The notes: generated by a model not told the origin, from the sequence alone. A stretch of 62,569 nt of DNA, filler included, from Globobulimina sp. (GCA_003354225.1; 42 parts of 42 records of this genome joined end to end with filler, not necessarily neighbours in it); one strand, 5' to 3'; positions 35,494 to 47,659 are shown, numbered from the whole stretch's first letter. Numbers and translations are program-made.

Positions 35494-35823
35494 GTTGTAA
35501 ACAGTACCGGAGTTTTTGCTGGTTGATTGGGAAGAGATACAAACATAGGAAAATAACAATAGCACCAGTTCAACGCGAAAACGAAACCAGAAAAGAGGTT
35601 GAAACCTATTGGTTTGGTTCTGTATTTGTAAAGATTTTCGAACGTTCTCCCTTGTGTGACATTTCAACAAATGTCGAACGAATGCGAAAAATTCTACATG
35701 CGGCTTCAGTTCTTTTATCAAAANNNNNNNNNNNNNNNNNNNNNNNNNNNNNNNNNNNNNNNNNNNNTTAATTAATTAANNNNNNNNNNNNNNNNNNNNN
35801 NNNNNNNNNNNNNNNNNNNNNNN

Positions 35824-36211
35824 TCTCTTTTTGTACATTAAACGTTTCCAATGTATGACAAAAATAAAAGTTACATTCTGCTTCTTTGGCTTCATCAGGA
35901 TCCCAAATAAATAAAATATCTGACTCTTCATATTTTTCAATCATTTCACGAAATGGTTGAAACGCACACATTTTGCCTTTAAATTTTATTTCTTCGATAA
36001 TATCTTCTTTTTTTAAGGTACGGAAAGGTACAACATCCAATAAACCATCTCCTGTTTTAAACCCATATCCTTGCAATTCTTTATCACCTAAATATAAACA
36101 CGAATAGCCTGGATGTTTATCAATTTTTTCTTCTTTTTCTGCTTCTTTCTTTGATTTTGTTTTGCTTTTGCCTTTGCCTTTGCCTTTACCTTTGCTTTTG
36201 CTTTTTGACAT
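35824..36211 (-). CDS. WDR63: Axonemal inner-arm dynein intermediate chain IC140/WDR63, N-terminus
   Basis: HPG..LYL...PFRTLKKEDIIEEI...FQP....Y...ILFIWD...NFY matches the WDR63 N-terminal pattern. Confidence 0.75.
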
Positions 36212-37316
36212 TATTTAATTTCTAGCCATAACTCAAAAACTCTTACTTATCGTTTTATATTGAAACGTTTTTATTTTTTCGGATTTAAAAGTTATATCTA
36301 TAGATTTACTCGATTTGGGATGGAAAAATGCAAAGATATTAATAATTAATTAATTAATTATAAAGTTATTTCATCATATTTCGATTAAACAAAACATGCA
36401 GGATCTTTTTGTTGTAAATTTTTGATAGCATTTGTTGTTGTTACTGTTTGATTATAATCACAGCAAAAATAACCAGTATGTGCTTCTGTTGTATCGTTTA
36501 CTGGGTGAGCCCATGCAAAATAATCAGGTTTCTTATTCTCAACATCTTTTTTTTATATTTTATTATGGATCATTACAAAATTGAAAATATAGCCCACAAA
36601 CCAGTGCTAGTATTAAAATTAACACATTCTTTAATATCCATATGACACGCTCCAACAACATAATTATTAAAAAATCCACAATTACACGTATTAGTATCTG
36701 TTGGTAATTCTTGAAACAATAAAAACACGGCATGACTCCCAGCGCCTTCTGAACTGTTATTACATAATTTATATTTTCAGCATGCATGGATCACATAACA
36801 TGCTGCATATATCACACAACTAATACCTGTCATAATGAGGTGTAGTCGGTCCGGTTGTTCCATTTGCAGAGGCTGTACCACTATGATATGTTATTTGTTA
36901 TTAAAATCATTACTCATTATAAAGTATAACAGAAAACATAACTAATATTTCCATTGCCAATCATAAAAGCCATAACAAACATGGATTTTAGTCCAACATT
37001 CACCAATCATATCATATTGATCTTTGCATTCATCACTGCCTACGTTTTGTTCAATATCTTTGAATTGTTGCTTTATTAAACGACTTGCTGATGTCGAATA
37101 TAATATCAGTGATAACGTACATAACAATAAGAGACACATTGTCAAATTACTAGTTGTCAGACACTTGATTGTTTTGTAAGTAAGTAAGTTTGACTGAACA
37201 TGATCAATTCAACTCNNNNNNNNNNNNNNNNNNNNNNNNNNNNNNNNNNNNNNNNNNNNTTAATTAATTAANNNNNNNNNNNNNNNNNNNNNNNNNNNNN
37301 NNNNNNNNNNNNNNNA

Positions 37317-38707
37317 TTACATACCGATCACAAGAATCTCCAGGAACTATTTAAGGCGGCTCGCGGCTTCAAAACAGGTAAGTTATACCGTTGGAGCGTT
37401 AGATTGCAGGAATTTGATTTCACTGCAAAATACATTCCCGGCTATGCCAATATTGTGGCAGACTACCTATCGCGTAATGGTTTGTTTGATGATAAAAATA
37501 TGTATAAATTACGTAATGATTTGACATTGAATACCTTTGATATATTTGCAATGTACACAAATGAATTATGCTCGCAAGTAATTGCAGGCACTGATAATAA
37601 TGACATGGTATTTACTGAGAATGAATTGGATCATCTTAATCAACGACGGCATACTGTTATAAATAAAATTAATTTGAGTCTCATGCATAATCTTCGTCCA
37701 TTTAAATCGCAAATTGACAGAAACATTTTGAATAAAACTGATTATAACGACTTTAATTTTCGTCACGAACGTAATACAAATACTAATAATCTTCAATACG
37801 ATAATACCGATTGCCATAATTGCCATGATTCAATGAATTTAGATGGCTCATTTGCAGCATGTAATTTGCATATTGATAATGCAATGGATGTTGACAATGA
37901 CTATAATGACGACTTACCCCTCATGGGGGTGGAAATATACTCTTTAGACTGTGTTGAGCGACGAGCCCATGGTCCGGAAGGACAGAAAGATAAAAGTGTG
38001 TGTAGTAAAGTAGAATTATCAGAAACAAAAACCTTTTCGCTAAACACACAAAACAAGAACAAAAATAATAAAAATACAAATAAAATCACACAAAAACAAG
38101 CAGCTTCATATAATAAAATAATTCAAAGTAAGCGTCGGCGATCTAAGCGTTTAATCGCCAAACAACCACACAATCTGCAACCAAATATAAATAACGCCAA
38201 ATTAATCCCTTTCCCTTCAATTCCAACCTTTTTAAATCATCAACAACGCGCGAATTATGAGCAAATGTTATCAAATACAAAAAAAATAAATAACGAAATT
38301 CTATCTTATAAACCAAATAATCCCTTTTTTAATATTGATAGTATCGATCCAATTCCTTCGGTAATCTTAGATCGATACTATGTCAATGACATAACAAATA
38401 AATTAATTGAATATAAACAAAGATCCGATACTTTCATCCATCCCATAATAGATCACTTAGAAACAGATAATACCAATTTATTAATAAACTTATCCGATGA
38501 TTATAAACGTAATTTTTTATTGGGCCGCTTTTCAATGAAAAACGGCATATTGCATATACTCCATAATAATAAACATAAAATCCTTATTCCTCCGTTTTTG
38601 CGTCGCTCCATTTTGCATAATAGCCATGATATAATACATAATGGCCAGAATAAAATGTATCAAATAATATCCAATAGATACTGGTGGCCAAAAATGAGAA
38701 ACCATAT
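37317..38707 (+). mobile_element. Ty3/Gypsy LTR retrotransposon pol: RNase H end, long insert, integrase zinc-binding start
   Basis: HTDHKNL, RW..RLQEFDF..KYIPG..N.VADYLSR and ILHNSHD..HNG...YWWPKM. Confidence 0.92.
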
Positions 38708-38807
38708 NNNNNNNNNNNNNNNNNNNNNNNNNNNNNNNNNNNNNNNNNNNNTTAATTAATTAANNNNNNNNNNNNNNNNNNNNNNNNNNNNNNNNNNNNN
38801 NNNNNNN

Positions 38808-39036
38808 ATGGCACATTTGACGGCCATATGGCGGCTTTGACCGGTCAAATGGCACATTTAACGGCCATATGGCGGCTTTGACCGGTCAAATGGCAAATTT
38901 GACGGCCATATGGCGGCTTTGACCGGTCAAATGGCACATTTGACGGCCATATGGCGGCTTTGACCGGTCAAATGGCATATTTGACGGCCATATGGCGGCT
39001 TTGACCGGTCAAATGGCAAATGTGACGGCCCCTATG
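38808..39036. repeat. 41-bp GC-rich tandem repeat built from 20+21-bp subunits; five copies plus a partial
   Basis: ATGGCACATTTGACGGCCATATGGCGGCTTTGACCGGTCAA at 38808, 38849, 38890, 38931 and 38972. Confidence 0.95.
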
Positions 39037-39520
39037 GCAGACCAGGCACAGACGGAATTTTTGACAATGGAGGGTATTCTTTCGAACGGATTTTCTTAAG
39101 AAGAATATCTCCAAGTTGTCTATATAATGGTATGGGGGAATCCGAGTTTAACATTTTACGTCCTTTCTATAATACCTATGTTCAATAATTTAAATTATAA
39201 GGTTTACTTGTAAAGTTGTCAAGACAAATTAATGGTATTGGAGAATTAAATATTTTTTCAATCAATAATAAATTCATTTTATGTGACTGTAAGTTAGGCA
39301 AAATAGATACGTTACTTCAATGTTCATGGTATTTATAAAGGCCTAGACGTAGGCGGACGACAATTCTTGCACAGAGACGTATTAAAAAGGGGGGAAATCA
39401 GCTTCTGCGGCTCGCCTGAAGGGTGGGTATAATAAATATGGGCAATGATATCGCTTGTTTCTATCAATATATGAACATATAATATATACATGAAATTGGT
39501 GATTATGGAGGGTTACTTGA

Positions 39521-40168
39521 ATGTTCAGAAATGTCTTAGTTATAGCTATTGTTCTTATTCCCTTGGCGATAAGTAGTTGCTTTGCTAAAGATAATTATAT
39601 TGAACTTGGTTCGACTGATGGTATGCAAAGTTCATACCAAGATGCGAAAATAGGAGCCATATATAAAAGTTCCAGTATAGATACAATATTACTGCATGAT
39701 AAAATGAGTGAATATGAGTATCTTTCGTCGTCGAAGTACGATTTCTGTATTCATAAATCAGATGATACCAATAGATTTGTTTTAGTTGTCGAGAAACGTA
39801 AAACCGAACCAATAACAGAGTATAATAAATTCGGCTATGTCAACGTTCTATACGAATTTAAGTTAAATGAGTTAGTGAGTTGTTATCACTATGATGCTGG
39901 GCAACATCCGGATTATTGGCGTGCAAGAAGTTCATTTGTAGAATTGGAACGAAATGAAGATAAGGTCTTTTTACTAGTATATTCCAATATGTATGAATTC
40001 GAATTTGCACTTTCTACATATATAAGATTCCCATATAATGAAGATGGTAATTATGATGGTCTCAAAAGGTATATGAATGTTAAAACTAAGATAGATATTA
40101 CTGATACTGAGATACTGGATTATTTTTTAGAAATAAATTTGGAGTATTTAGATTTACTTATTGACTGA
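39521..40168 (+). CDS. Prokaryotic-style exported hypothetical protein, possibly a lipoprotein
   Basis: GGAGGG Shine-Dalgarno-like site at 39507-39512; signal peptide ending LAISSC. Confidence 0.65.
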   Translation: MFRNVLVIAIVLIPLAISSCFAKDNYIELGSTDGMQSSYQDAKIGAIYKSSSIDTILLHDKMSEYEYLSSSKYDFCIHKSDDTNRFVLVVEKRKTEPITEYNKFGYVNVLYEFKLNELVSCYHYDAGQHPDYWRARSSFVELERNEDKVFLLVYSNMYEFEFALSTYIRFPYNEDGNYDGLKRYMNVKTKIDITDTEILDYFLEINLEYLDLLID

Positions 40169-40299
40169 AAATGTAGGTCAATGTACTACGAGATGAAACN
40201 NNNNNNNNNNNNNNNNNNNNNNNNNNNNNNNNNNNNNNNNNNNTTAATTAATTAANNNNNNNNNNNNNNNNNNNNNNNNNNNNNNNNNNNNNNNNNNNN

Positions 40300-40813
40300 T
40301 CTGAAAGGGTATCTTTTTCGATCTCAATAGATTTTGTATTCGTGTTTGTGCCGCTTGTTGATGACAATGGGTACTTAGCGATGATATCAATATTAACATT
40401 TTATTTGATTTTATACATTGACGCAATGTATTTCGATCAACCATATCTATGATAACATCATCCATTCCAATAAAGGCAATGTCATAGTTTTCGTTTAAAC
40501 TTTGTGCACTATGTTTTTCTTCATATGCATGTTGTTGTTGTTGTTGTTTATAATTATTTGGTGGTGATATGAAGTTAGCAGTTATTGTTGAATCTAAATA
40601 TGGATTGGAAGTGGAACTTGAGGTGTTAAAATTTATATGTTTATTTGTGGTAATTTTTGCTTTTTGTTTGTTGTTTGACTGAGAGGCATTAATACCATGC
40701 ATACGTTGCGTATGAGGACATACTTTACATTTGCCGACGCTCCATTTTGATTTATTCTCAACGTAATTTGTGCATTTACAACCCATCTGAGTACATTTAG
40801 TGGTAATTGACAT
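40300..40813 (-). CDS. Protein with an N-terminal Cys/His Zn-binding motif and a SH3BGR/glutaredoxin-like domain; truncated
   Basis: C..GCKC..Y...CKVCPH...H and LILISSLS....QTRIQNLLRSKKIPF. Confidence 0.55.
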
Positions 40814-40878
40814 TTTTGGAGTGAAAAAATGTTAAAACAAAGTTGTTTGTTTTTAATCTAACTTTAAGCAGTGCAACA

Positions 40879-41691
40879 ATGGGGTCTTTGCCTCTGTTAA
40901 TTAGTGAGAACCTGGCCTTCCTGACAGCAGCAGCACTCCCCATTTTAGCATACTTATCATATAAAATCTTCCCGTATATTCAGCCTCTATTCTTACAATT
41001 ACAACGAACAAACCATCATGGCGGTGAATTAGTGGCCAAAGTATTGAAAGCACACAACGTGAAGTATCTATTTACGCTGGTCGGTGGTCATATATCTCCA
41101 ATCCTAGTGGCAGCAAAACAAGAAGGCATCCAAGTCATTGACGTTAGAAGTGAATGTACCACCGTATTTGCAGCGGATGCAGTCCCACGTTTGTCTGGCA
41201 CTCCTGGCGTTGCTGTAGGTATGTCGCACAGTATTACTTTTATCATCTAATATCAATATGTATTATAATATGTACAGTCACAGCAGGGCCTGGCGTAACA
41301 AATACAATCACAGCCATGAAAAATGCTCAAATGGCACAATCACCATTGGTACTTATTGGTGGTGCCGCAGCAACATTGTTAAAAGGACGCGGATCATTAC
41401 AAGACGTCGAACAAATTGATGTCTTGCGTTCCATTGTTAAATATCATGCGTCAGTACGTAATGTACGTGAAATTGTGCCTATTTTAAAAAGAGCATTTTA
41501 TGAATGTATGAATGGAGTACCTGGCCCTGTATTCATTGAGATACCCATTGATTGCTTATATTGTATCAGTGAAATAGCGGCTGCTATGGGACTCGCACAA
41601 TGTATAAAGAAGAAATTGATTCAAACCGACAGTGATCGCTATAAAAAGGTTATTGTTCCATTCGAATATTTGAATAAAGATATTTCTCATA
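40879..41691 (+). CDS. ILVBL: TPP-dependent 2-hydroxyacyl-CoA lyase 2 / acetolactate synthase-like; intron 41219-41277; truncated
   Basis: N-terminal [31 protein letters not shown] and [10 protein letters not shown]. Confidence 0.92.
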
Positions 41692-41810
41692 NNNNNNNNN
41701 NNNNNNNNNNNNNNNNNNNNNNNNNNNNNNNNNNNTTAATTAATTAANNNNNNNNNNNNNNNNNNNNNNNNNNNNNNNNNNNNNNNNNNNNATGACATAT
41801 GAAGCATTCT

Positions 41811-42413
41811 GGTCCCCATGCGCCAGCGTGGGAACCCATAACAAACTGTTACTGGTTACTGGTCTCTGGATGCTGGTTAAAAAGGTATTCTATCAGTTTT
41901 ATTAATAATGACAGAGCGAGGTGATTCCATTTACCAGCGACCAGAAACCAGTATACATTACTATCTGTTATCATTACCATATTACTTTATCAACAGAAAA
42001 CACGTCTGCATGAATAAATCATAACGGCTGGCTGGAACAATTCACTTGCAGGGTCTTCCCTTGTGGCAATGTTGTTGACTTAAGGATGGCTTTCATTCAT
42101 TAAATTTTCCCTTGTCGGGCTTTTGTTTTAACGCAAAGTACGCAGAGAACGCAAAGGCACGCAAAGGGATACTGTATTTCAAAAAAATATATTTTTCTTC
42201 TTTGCGATTCTCTGCGCTCTTTGCGGCTTTGCGTTTAAATTTATTCTGAATTTTCCAATGAATATTTCTTAAGTCAACAGCATTGTCCCTGGTGGTTGCC
42301 CGGGTCGTTCTGCCTTGACGATTGTTTATGCGAAATAATTCTCTCATCAGGATAACCACCAGGGCGAACACACGGGTTTGCAGAAAACGGGCAACCACAA
42401 GGGATGCCCCTAC
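41811..42413. repeat. Bacterial intergenic region with several REP-like and inverted short-repeat elements
   Basis: Hairpin 41811-41836; CTGG-7mer arms 41846-41878 and 41933-41953; CGCAAAG-9mer arms 42128-42167 and 42199-42238; GGGCAACCAC..GCCCCTAC 42388-42413. Confidence 0.8.
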
Positions 42414-42559
42414 ATCATTAAATTATGGAATGGTGAATATCACACCATTCCATCTGTTAGAAAAATTGTCGTAAATATTGAAAAATTCTGTAAAAAGAGA
42501 TATTGAATGGTTAAATATACCGTAAAATTATTCTTCATCAACAGGATTCAACTTTTCCC

Positions 42560-43171
42560 ATGAAAAAAGCCATTTACATTCTTACTGTCTTTGTTGCCCT
42601 TTTTCTGGGCTATCGACTCTTTTTTTCGTCACCCCATGTGACAAACTCCATTCCGGCAGGGGGAACCATTATATGTTTCGGGGACAGCCTGACATATGGG
42701 ATCGGTGCTGAGAATGGCATGGATTATCCGTCACAGCTTTCGAGAATGATTTCGCAGGAAATTATTAATGCCGGTATCCCGGGAGATACAACCGGGCAGG
42801 CGTTGGACAGGCTTGAAGAGGATGTTCTTTCAAATGACCCCCGGATTGTTCTGCTTTCATTAGGGGGCAATGATCTTAAAAACAAAGTCCCCAGAGACGT
42901 TGCATTTCAAAACCTGAAAACGATTATCGAGAAAATTCAATCTCAGGGAGCCCTGGTTGTCATCGGCGGGATTGATGTCCCATTATGGGGCAGAGGGTTT
43001 GGGAAAGAGTATGAACGACTGGCTAAAGAGACCGGTGCTGTTTTAATACCCAACATTTTCAAAGGCATCATGGGGCGTCGGAATCTCATGAGTGACCCTA
43101 TTCATCCCAATGGTGAAGGATATACCAAAATGGCCGAATTGTTTTATGATGCAATCAAACCATACCTGTGA
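42560..43171 (+). CDS. Bacterial GDSL/SGNH arylesterase (TesA-like)
   Basis: FGDSLT, NAGIPGDTT, LGGND and DPIHPN blocks; N-terminal anchor. Confidence 0.93.
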   Translation: MKKAIYILTVFVALFLGYRLFFSSPHVTNSIPAGGTIICFGDSLTYGIGAENGMDYPSQLSRMISQEIINAGIPGDTTGQALDRLEEDVLSNDPRIVLLSLGGNDLKNKVPRDVAFQNLKTIIEKIQSQGALVVIGGIDVPLWGRGFGKEYERLAKETGAVLIPNIFKGIMGRRNLMSDPIHPNGEGYTKMAELFYDAIKPYL

Positions 43172-43283
43172 AAATATAATGATNNNNNNNNNNNNNNNNN
43201 NNNNNNNNNNNNNNNNNNNNNNNNNNNTTAATTAATTAANNNNNNNNNNNNNNNNNNNNNNNNNNNNNNNNNNNNNNNNNNNN

Positions 43284-43877
43284 CAGAATATATTATGGGA
43301 TGAGGATGGAAAGAAATGGAGAGACTATGATATTGAAAATGGAAAACAAATCAATGACAACATTACAGAGACGATATCATCATACATTCCATTGTGGTTA
43401 TTGCCATATAATCGGAGCTGCGGTGTTCAAGTATTGACAGCTTTGAATAACAGCGGCTTAATATTTGGTGGCGGCGTCTCAACAACGAATGTGAATGACA
43501 GCCAACAATGGGATTATCCAAATGCTTGGTATTACAAAACTGCGTTTCTTAATTTAATACATAATATCTATTCATTTTGATGTAGGCCTCCAATGCAATG
43601 GATTATGGCCAAAGCAGCCGAGAGATACAATGACACTCAAATCGGTAAGTATTTGTTGCAAAACATTACCCAAACATATATCAATGCGGTTTTTATTGGA
43701 TTTAATGTGTCGCATTACATGCATGAAAAATATAATGTGCTCCATATTGGGCAATCGGGAAACGGCGGATTTTATGAACCACAAAAAGGCTTTGGATGGT
43801 CGAATGGCGCTGCTTTGTCTTTTTTGTATCAGTATGGAAATGTTTTAAAGGCTCCAAAGATATCAAATCATTATTAA
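43284..43877 (+). CDS. Trehalase (GH37) C-terminus; intron 43529-43585
   Basis: QQWDYPNAW|PPMQW, MHEKYNV and QKGFGWSNG. Confidence 0.9.
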
Positions 43878-44519
43878 TGTTTATTTACCATTCGGACTGA
43901 TTTATGATGATAGTTTTTTTTGATTGTTTGAAAAGTTTTTTTTGTCGTCAATGCATTAGAAAAACGTTCAGAGAGAAAGCCATTGCTTGAAAAGAAGAAG
44001 AATTGTATTCGCGTTGTCGTTATATAGCAACCATAAATCATTATGGCTTCCCAATCATTTATTGATAATGATAAAAATGATAAAATCATTAAATGAAACT
44101 GCCAATTACGCAAATTTGAACTCAAACAAACACCACAAATATTACAAATGCTTTGGATATATACGGATATTAAATATAACAAAAGTGTTTTGTTGCTGTC
44201 AAGATAGAATCACGAAAACAGAAAGACTACAAACTGGGAGTGAGTAAAGGCGGACAGAGGTTGATGTATAAAGGGACAGTGTTGGAGAATTATTTGACAT
44301 TAAATTGTCTGACTATGGCATTGTGGAGCAATATACTTTGCAGATTGTTTAATTCTCTTTTTCTTCTTTTGTTTCTGTTTGATTTCCTTCATACATAACA
44401 TCCGTGCGTATGATATATTTTGTGCCTTAATTAGATATTTTGAGTGTAATTTTTATTTTTATGTTGATTTCTTAAGAAAAACTGCGAGAAAAAGCGAATA
44501 TTAAAAAGCGAAAAATAAT

Positions 44520-44675
44520 TTGCAATATCTCAACATATTAAAAAGCGAATATTATTGGTGGATGAACCAATCAAATAAACAGATTGTGAGCATTAATGGA
44601 CATGCTTTGAATTTATATCACATTCAATCGAATTCGCCTCGACCCGAAGGATACATTCACGATGAAAATGTGATT
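44520..44675 (+). CDS. Second trehalase (GH37) fragment, central region
   Basis: LKSEYYWWM...LNLY...PRPEGY. Confidence 0.7.
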
Positions 44676-44834
44676 NNNNNNNNNNNNNNNNNNNNNNNNN
44701 NNNNNNNNNNNNNNNNNNNTTAATTAATTAANNNNNNNNNNNNNNNNNNNNNNNNNNNNNNNNNNNNNNNNNNNNTGTATTTCAAGCAACACAAAAAATG
44801 TAGAACTGCTCACTGACATCTTTATTAAATACAC

Positions 44835-45992
44835 CTTTATCAATGCCAAATCCTGCAGCATTTGTGAATAAGTCAACGCATTGCCAGTATCCGGATACAT
44901 TGTATGTCGATTAAACCCATACAATTTAACAATTTCGCCATTGATTGTAATTCGCGTTGTTCTCGAATCAATTCCAAAGGCACGAATACCGAATCTTACA
45001 TCAATCGCATCGACGACTGCATTGTCCATAATATAATTCACTTGTAATCGATGTAAATTTGGCGAGTTTAAACTCCATAATTTAAAAACTGGCACTTTTA
45101 CTCGAGGAATAACAATCCATTGCACTCCGTTGGATGAGGAGCCTTCCGTTTGCTGCGATGTTTGGTTATTTCCATCAAATTCAAAAACAAAATCAACTTT
45201 GTCAGTCGATGTAAATGGATACAAAAAAGTTATGTTTACATCAATTTCACCATCGGAATAATTCGCTTTATTTGGAAACACTTCAATGCGATGTAACGCA
45301 TTGTTGCCATACGAATTTGGTGTATTTAGGGTATGAACCAATACGTTTCTGTTTATACCGCCGTAATGATAAAAATCACCTCCTGTATATGTCGGAGAAT
45401 AATATGAATTGTATCGGTTGTCGGCCACTACAAATAGTTCATGTGTGCTCGCTGATATATTCATCATTTTCTGTGTGATATGGAATGAAAATGCTTGGTA
45501 TCCGCCAGCTCGATGGTCGCCAACATACATTCCATCAAAATACAATTGGCAGTAAAAGGCGCACGCTGCGAAATAAAGCAATATATCTTGGCCTGGTTTG
45601 CTATCAAAGGTGGTTCGATAAAATGATGTGCCGCGTGGACCATTTATGCCTGGCATTTTTACATCGAAAGCAGATGGCACATAGCTTATATTTGGTGTTA
45701 ATGCGTCGAATGAGGAAGGATCAATGGTTTGATTTAAATTAAATTGACTTCCGCCATATCCATAATTCCAATTTCCATCCAGTACTTGAACTGTTCGCGT
45801 TGGATAATGTGGGAAGAATGGAACGGTGGTTGGCCAATCTGCTGTTACTTGTTTGTCACCATTTGGTGCAATACGCAATGTCGGTGCTCCTTCAATGTAA
45901 TATGAAGCATGGATGTTAGGAGTACAGTGTTTGGCATTAGTTAGCATCCAGAACAAGGATACCAATATTAACATGCATGGTTTACGCATCAT
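44835..45992 (-). CDS. Secreted GH2 glycoside hydrolase (beta-glucuronidase-like), first exon
   Basis: LDGNWNY, DFYHYGGINRNV, LWSLNSPNLH, RFGIR and LYGFNRH. Confidence 0.9.
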
Positions 45993-46267
45993 AACTTCAG
46001 GAACTCAAACTTAAAGTTTTTTTTTTTATGTAAATTGACTCCTGCTAACTAACTTTTTTCTAAGTACTAATACTTAAATACTCAAAAAGCACTTAGTCAA
46101 TTGCATGCTGGGAGCGTGGATTAATTAAAAGTACTCATGCCACTCCTCCCCTGACTAGATTATAAAANNNNNNNNNNNNNNNNNNNNNNNNNNNNNNNNN
46201 NNNNNNNNNNNTTAATTAATTAANNNNNNNNNNNNNNNNNNNNNNNNNNNNNNNNNNNNNNNNNNNN

Positions 46268-47659
46268 TATGCACTGAGCCGTCATTCTTCCGCCTATAAA
46301 CGACTGGGTTCATGCTTAACATTCCATTATATTTATAGAAATATTCGAGAGGATAAAGTATTGGTTTCCAGATTTATCCTGGATATTTTAACTAATTTAA
46401 TTGAATCAATCGGTGTCGCACAACATGATATATCTGGGATTGATACCATACAAGAAACAAGAAAATGTATTAAACATTACGGGGATATTATTGTTAACGA
46501 AAAACATGGATTTCATAAAATGTTAAATAAAATCGATAAACAGCGGAAAGGAGGAGATCATTGCAAAGATTTGTCTGCTTTTATTGAATGGTTATTTGAG
46601 AATTTAGGGAGAATTGAAGAGCCATTAAGACGAACTTGTATGTTATTGATAGAGTCTTTAGCCCCACTCTCAAGAACGATAAATAAAAGAAATAAAACAG
46701 TGGCTGGGAATGTAAGTAATTGGTTTGCTGAAATTATTGGACGAAGGAAATTGCAATATATTGTGTCTGTGTTTGAAGGTGGTCGATTATTTGATGGCTA
46801 TAATCGCAAATCGATACTACAGTCAACTCCGCCTTTACCGGGAAGTAAAGGCTACGCCAAGGTTGCAGGCAAATTGTCAAAAGTTGAGTGCTTACAAAAC
46901 TTCAAGCGATGGGCACAGGATTTATCAACATCGCTGGATGCTTATTATTGGATGATAAAAAATAAAATTATTGATAATAACAACGAAAAGGAAGTCACTA
47001 AATTATTCAAGCAAAAAGGTTTTAATTCCAATTTATTTGAGGCATGTAAACATTTCTTAACATCATTAAAATTATTAAATAAAGTATCTTTTGTTGGCGC
47101 TGTTACACTGAAAAACGATTTAAATAAATTACGATGTGATACTACCATTCGATTCTACAGATTTATCGGTTGCATGTTAAGAAATGATTTAGTAAAAGTT
47201 ATTGAAGCTTTAATGAAATATCAGTTGTTTTATCAGTTATTGTTTGAAAGTTTAGTGGTTCCCGATGTTGTTGGATTTGTTAAGGTTAATCCAATTCGGG
47301 TTAAGGAGTTACAAAATCAATCACTGAAAGAAGTAATTAGCGCTATTTGTAATTATTCAAAAAATGAAAAATTCAAAATATTTGTTATTAAAATATGCAA
47401 CCAATATATGACTGGTAAAGTATCCTCACATTCTGATATCGATGCTTCTGCTGCAACAATGACACGCCATTTATCCATTAAATCAGAGGATTGGACATCA
47501 AATAAATTCTTTCAATTTCCAGGTAAAGCATTGATGTTTCTTCGTGGATTGGACATCTTGGCGAGGATAAGGGCGAAAACAAACAACTTATTACAATTGG
47601 CATTGGATGCGGATTCAAATAATAAACAATGTCATATAGTGTCCTCAAATATGGCTGAC
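46268..47659 (+). CDS. PRKDC: DNA-dependent protein kinase catalytic subunit, internal HEAT region
   Basis: HSSAYKRLGSCLTFHYIYRNIREDKVLVSRF matches DNA-PKcs [31 protein letters not shown]. Confidence 0.85.

Noticed and set aside
38808-39036. 41-bp repeats as a CRISPR array or coding repeat
   Set aside because: No spacers, and the period is not divisible by three.
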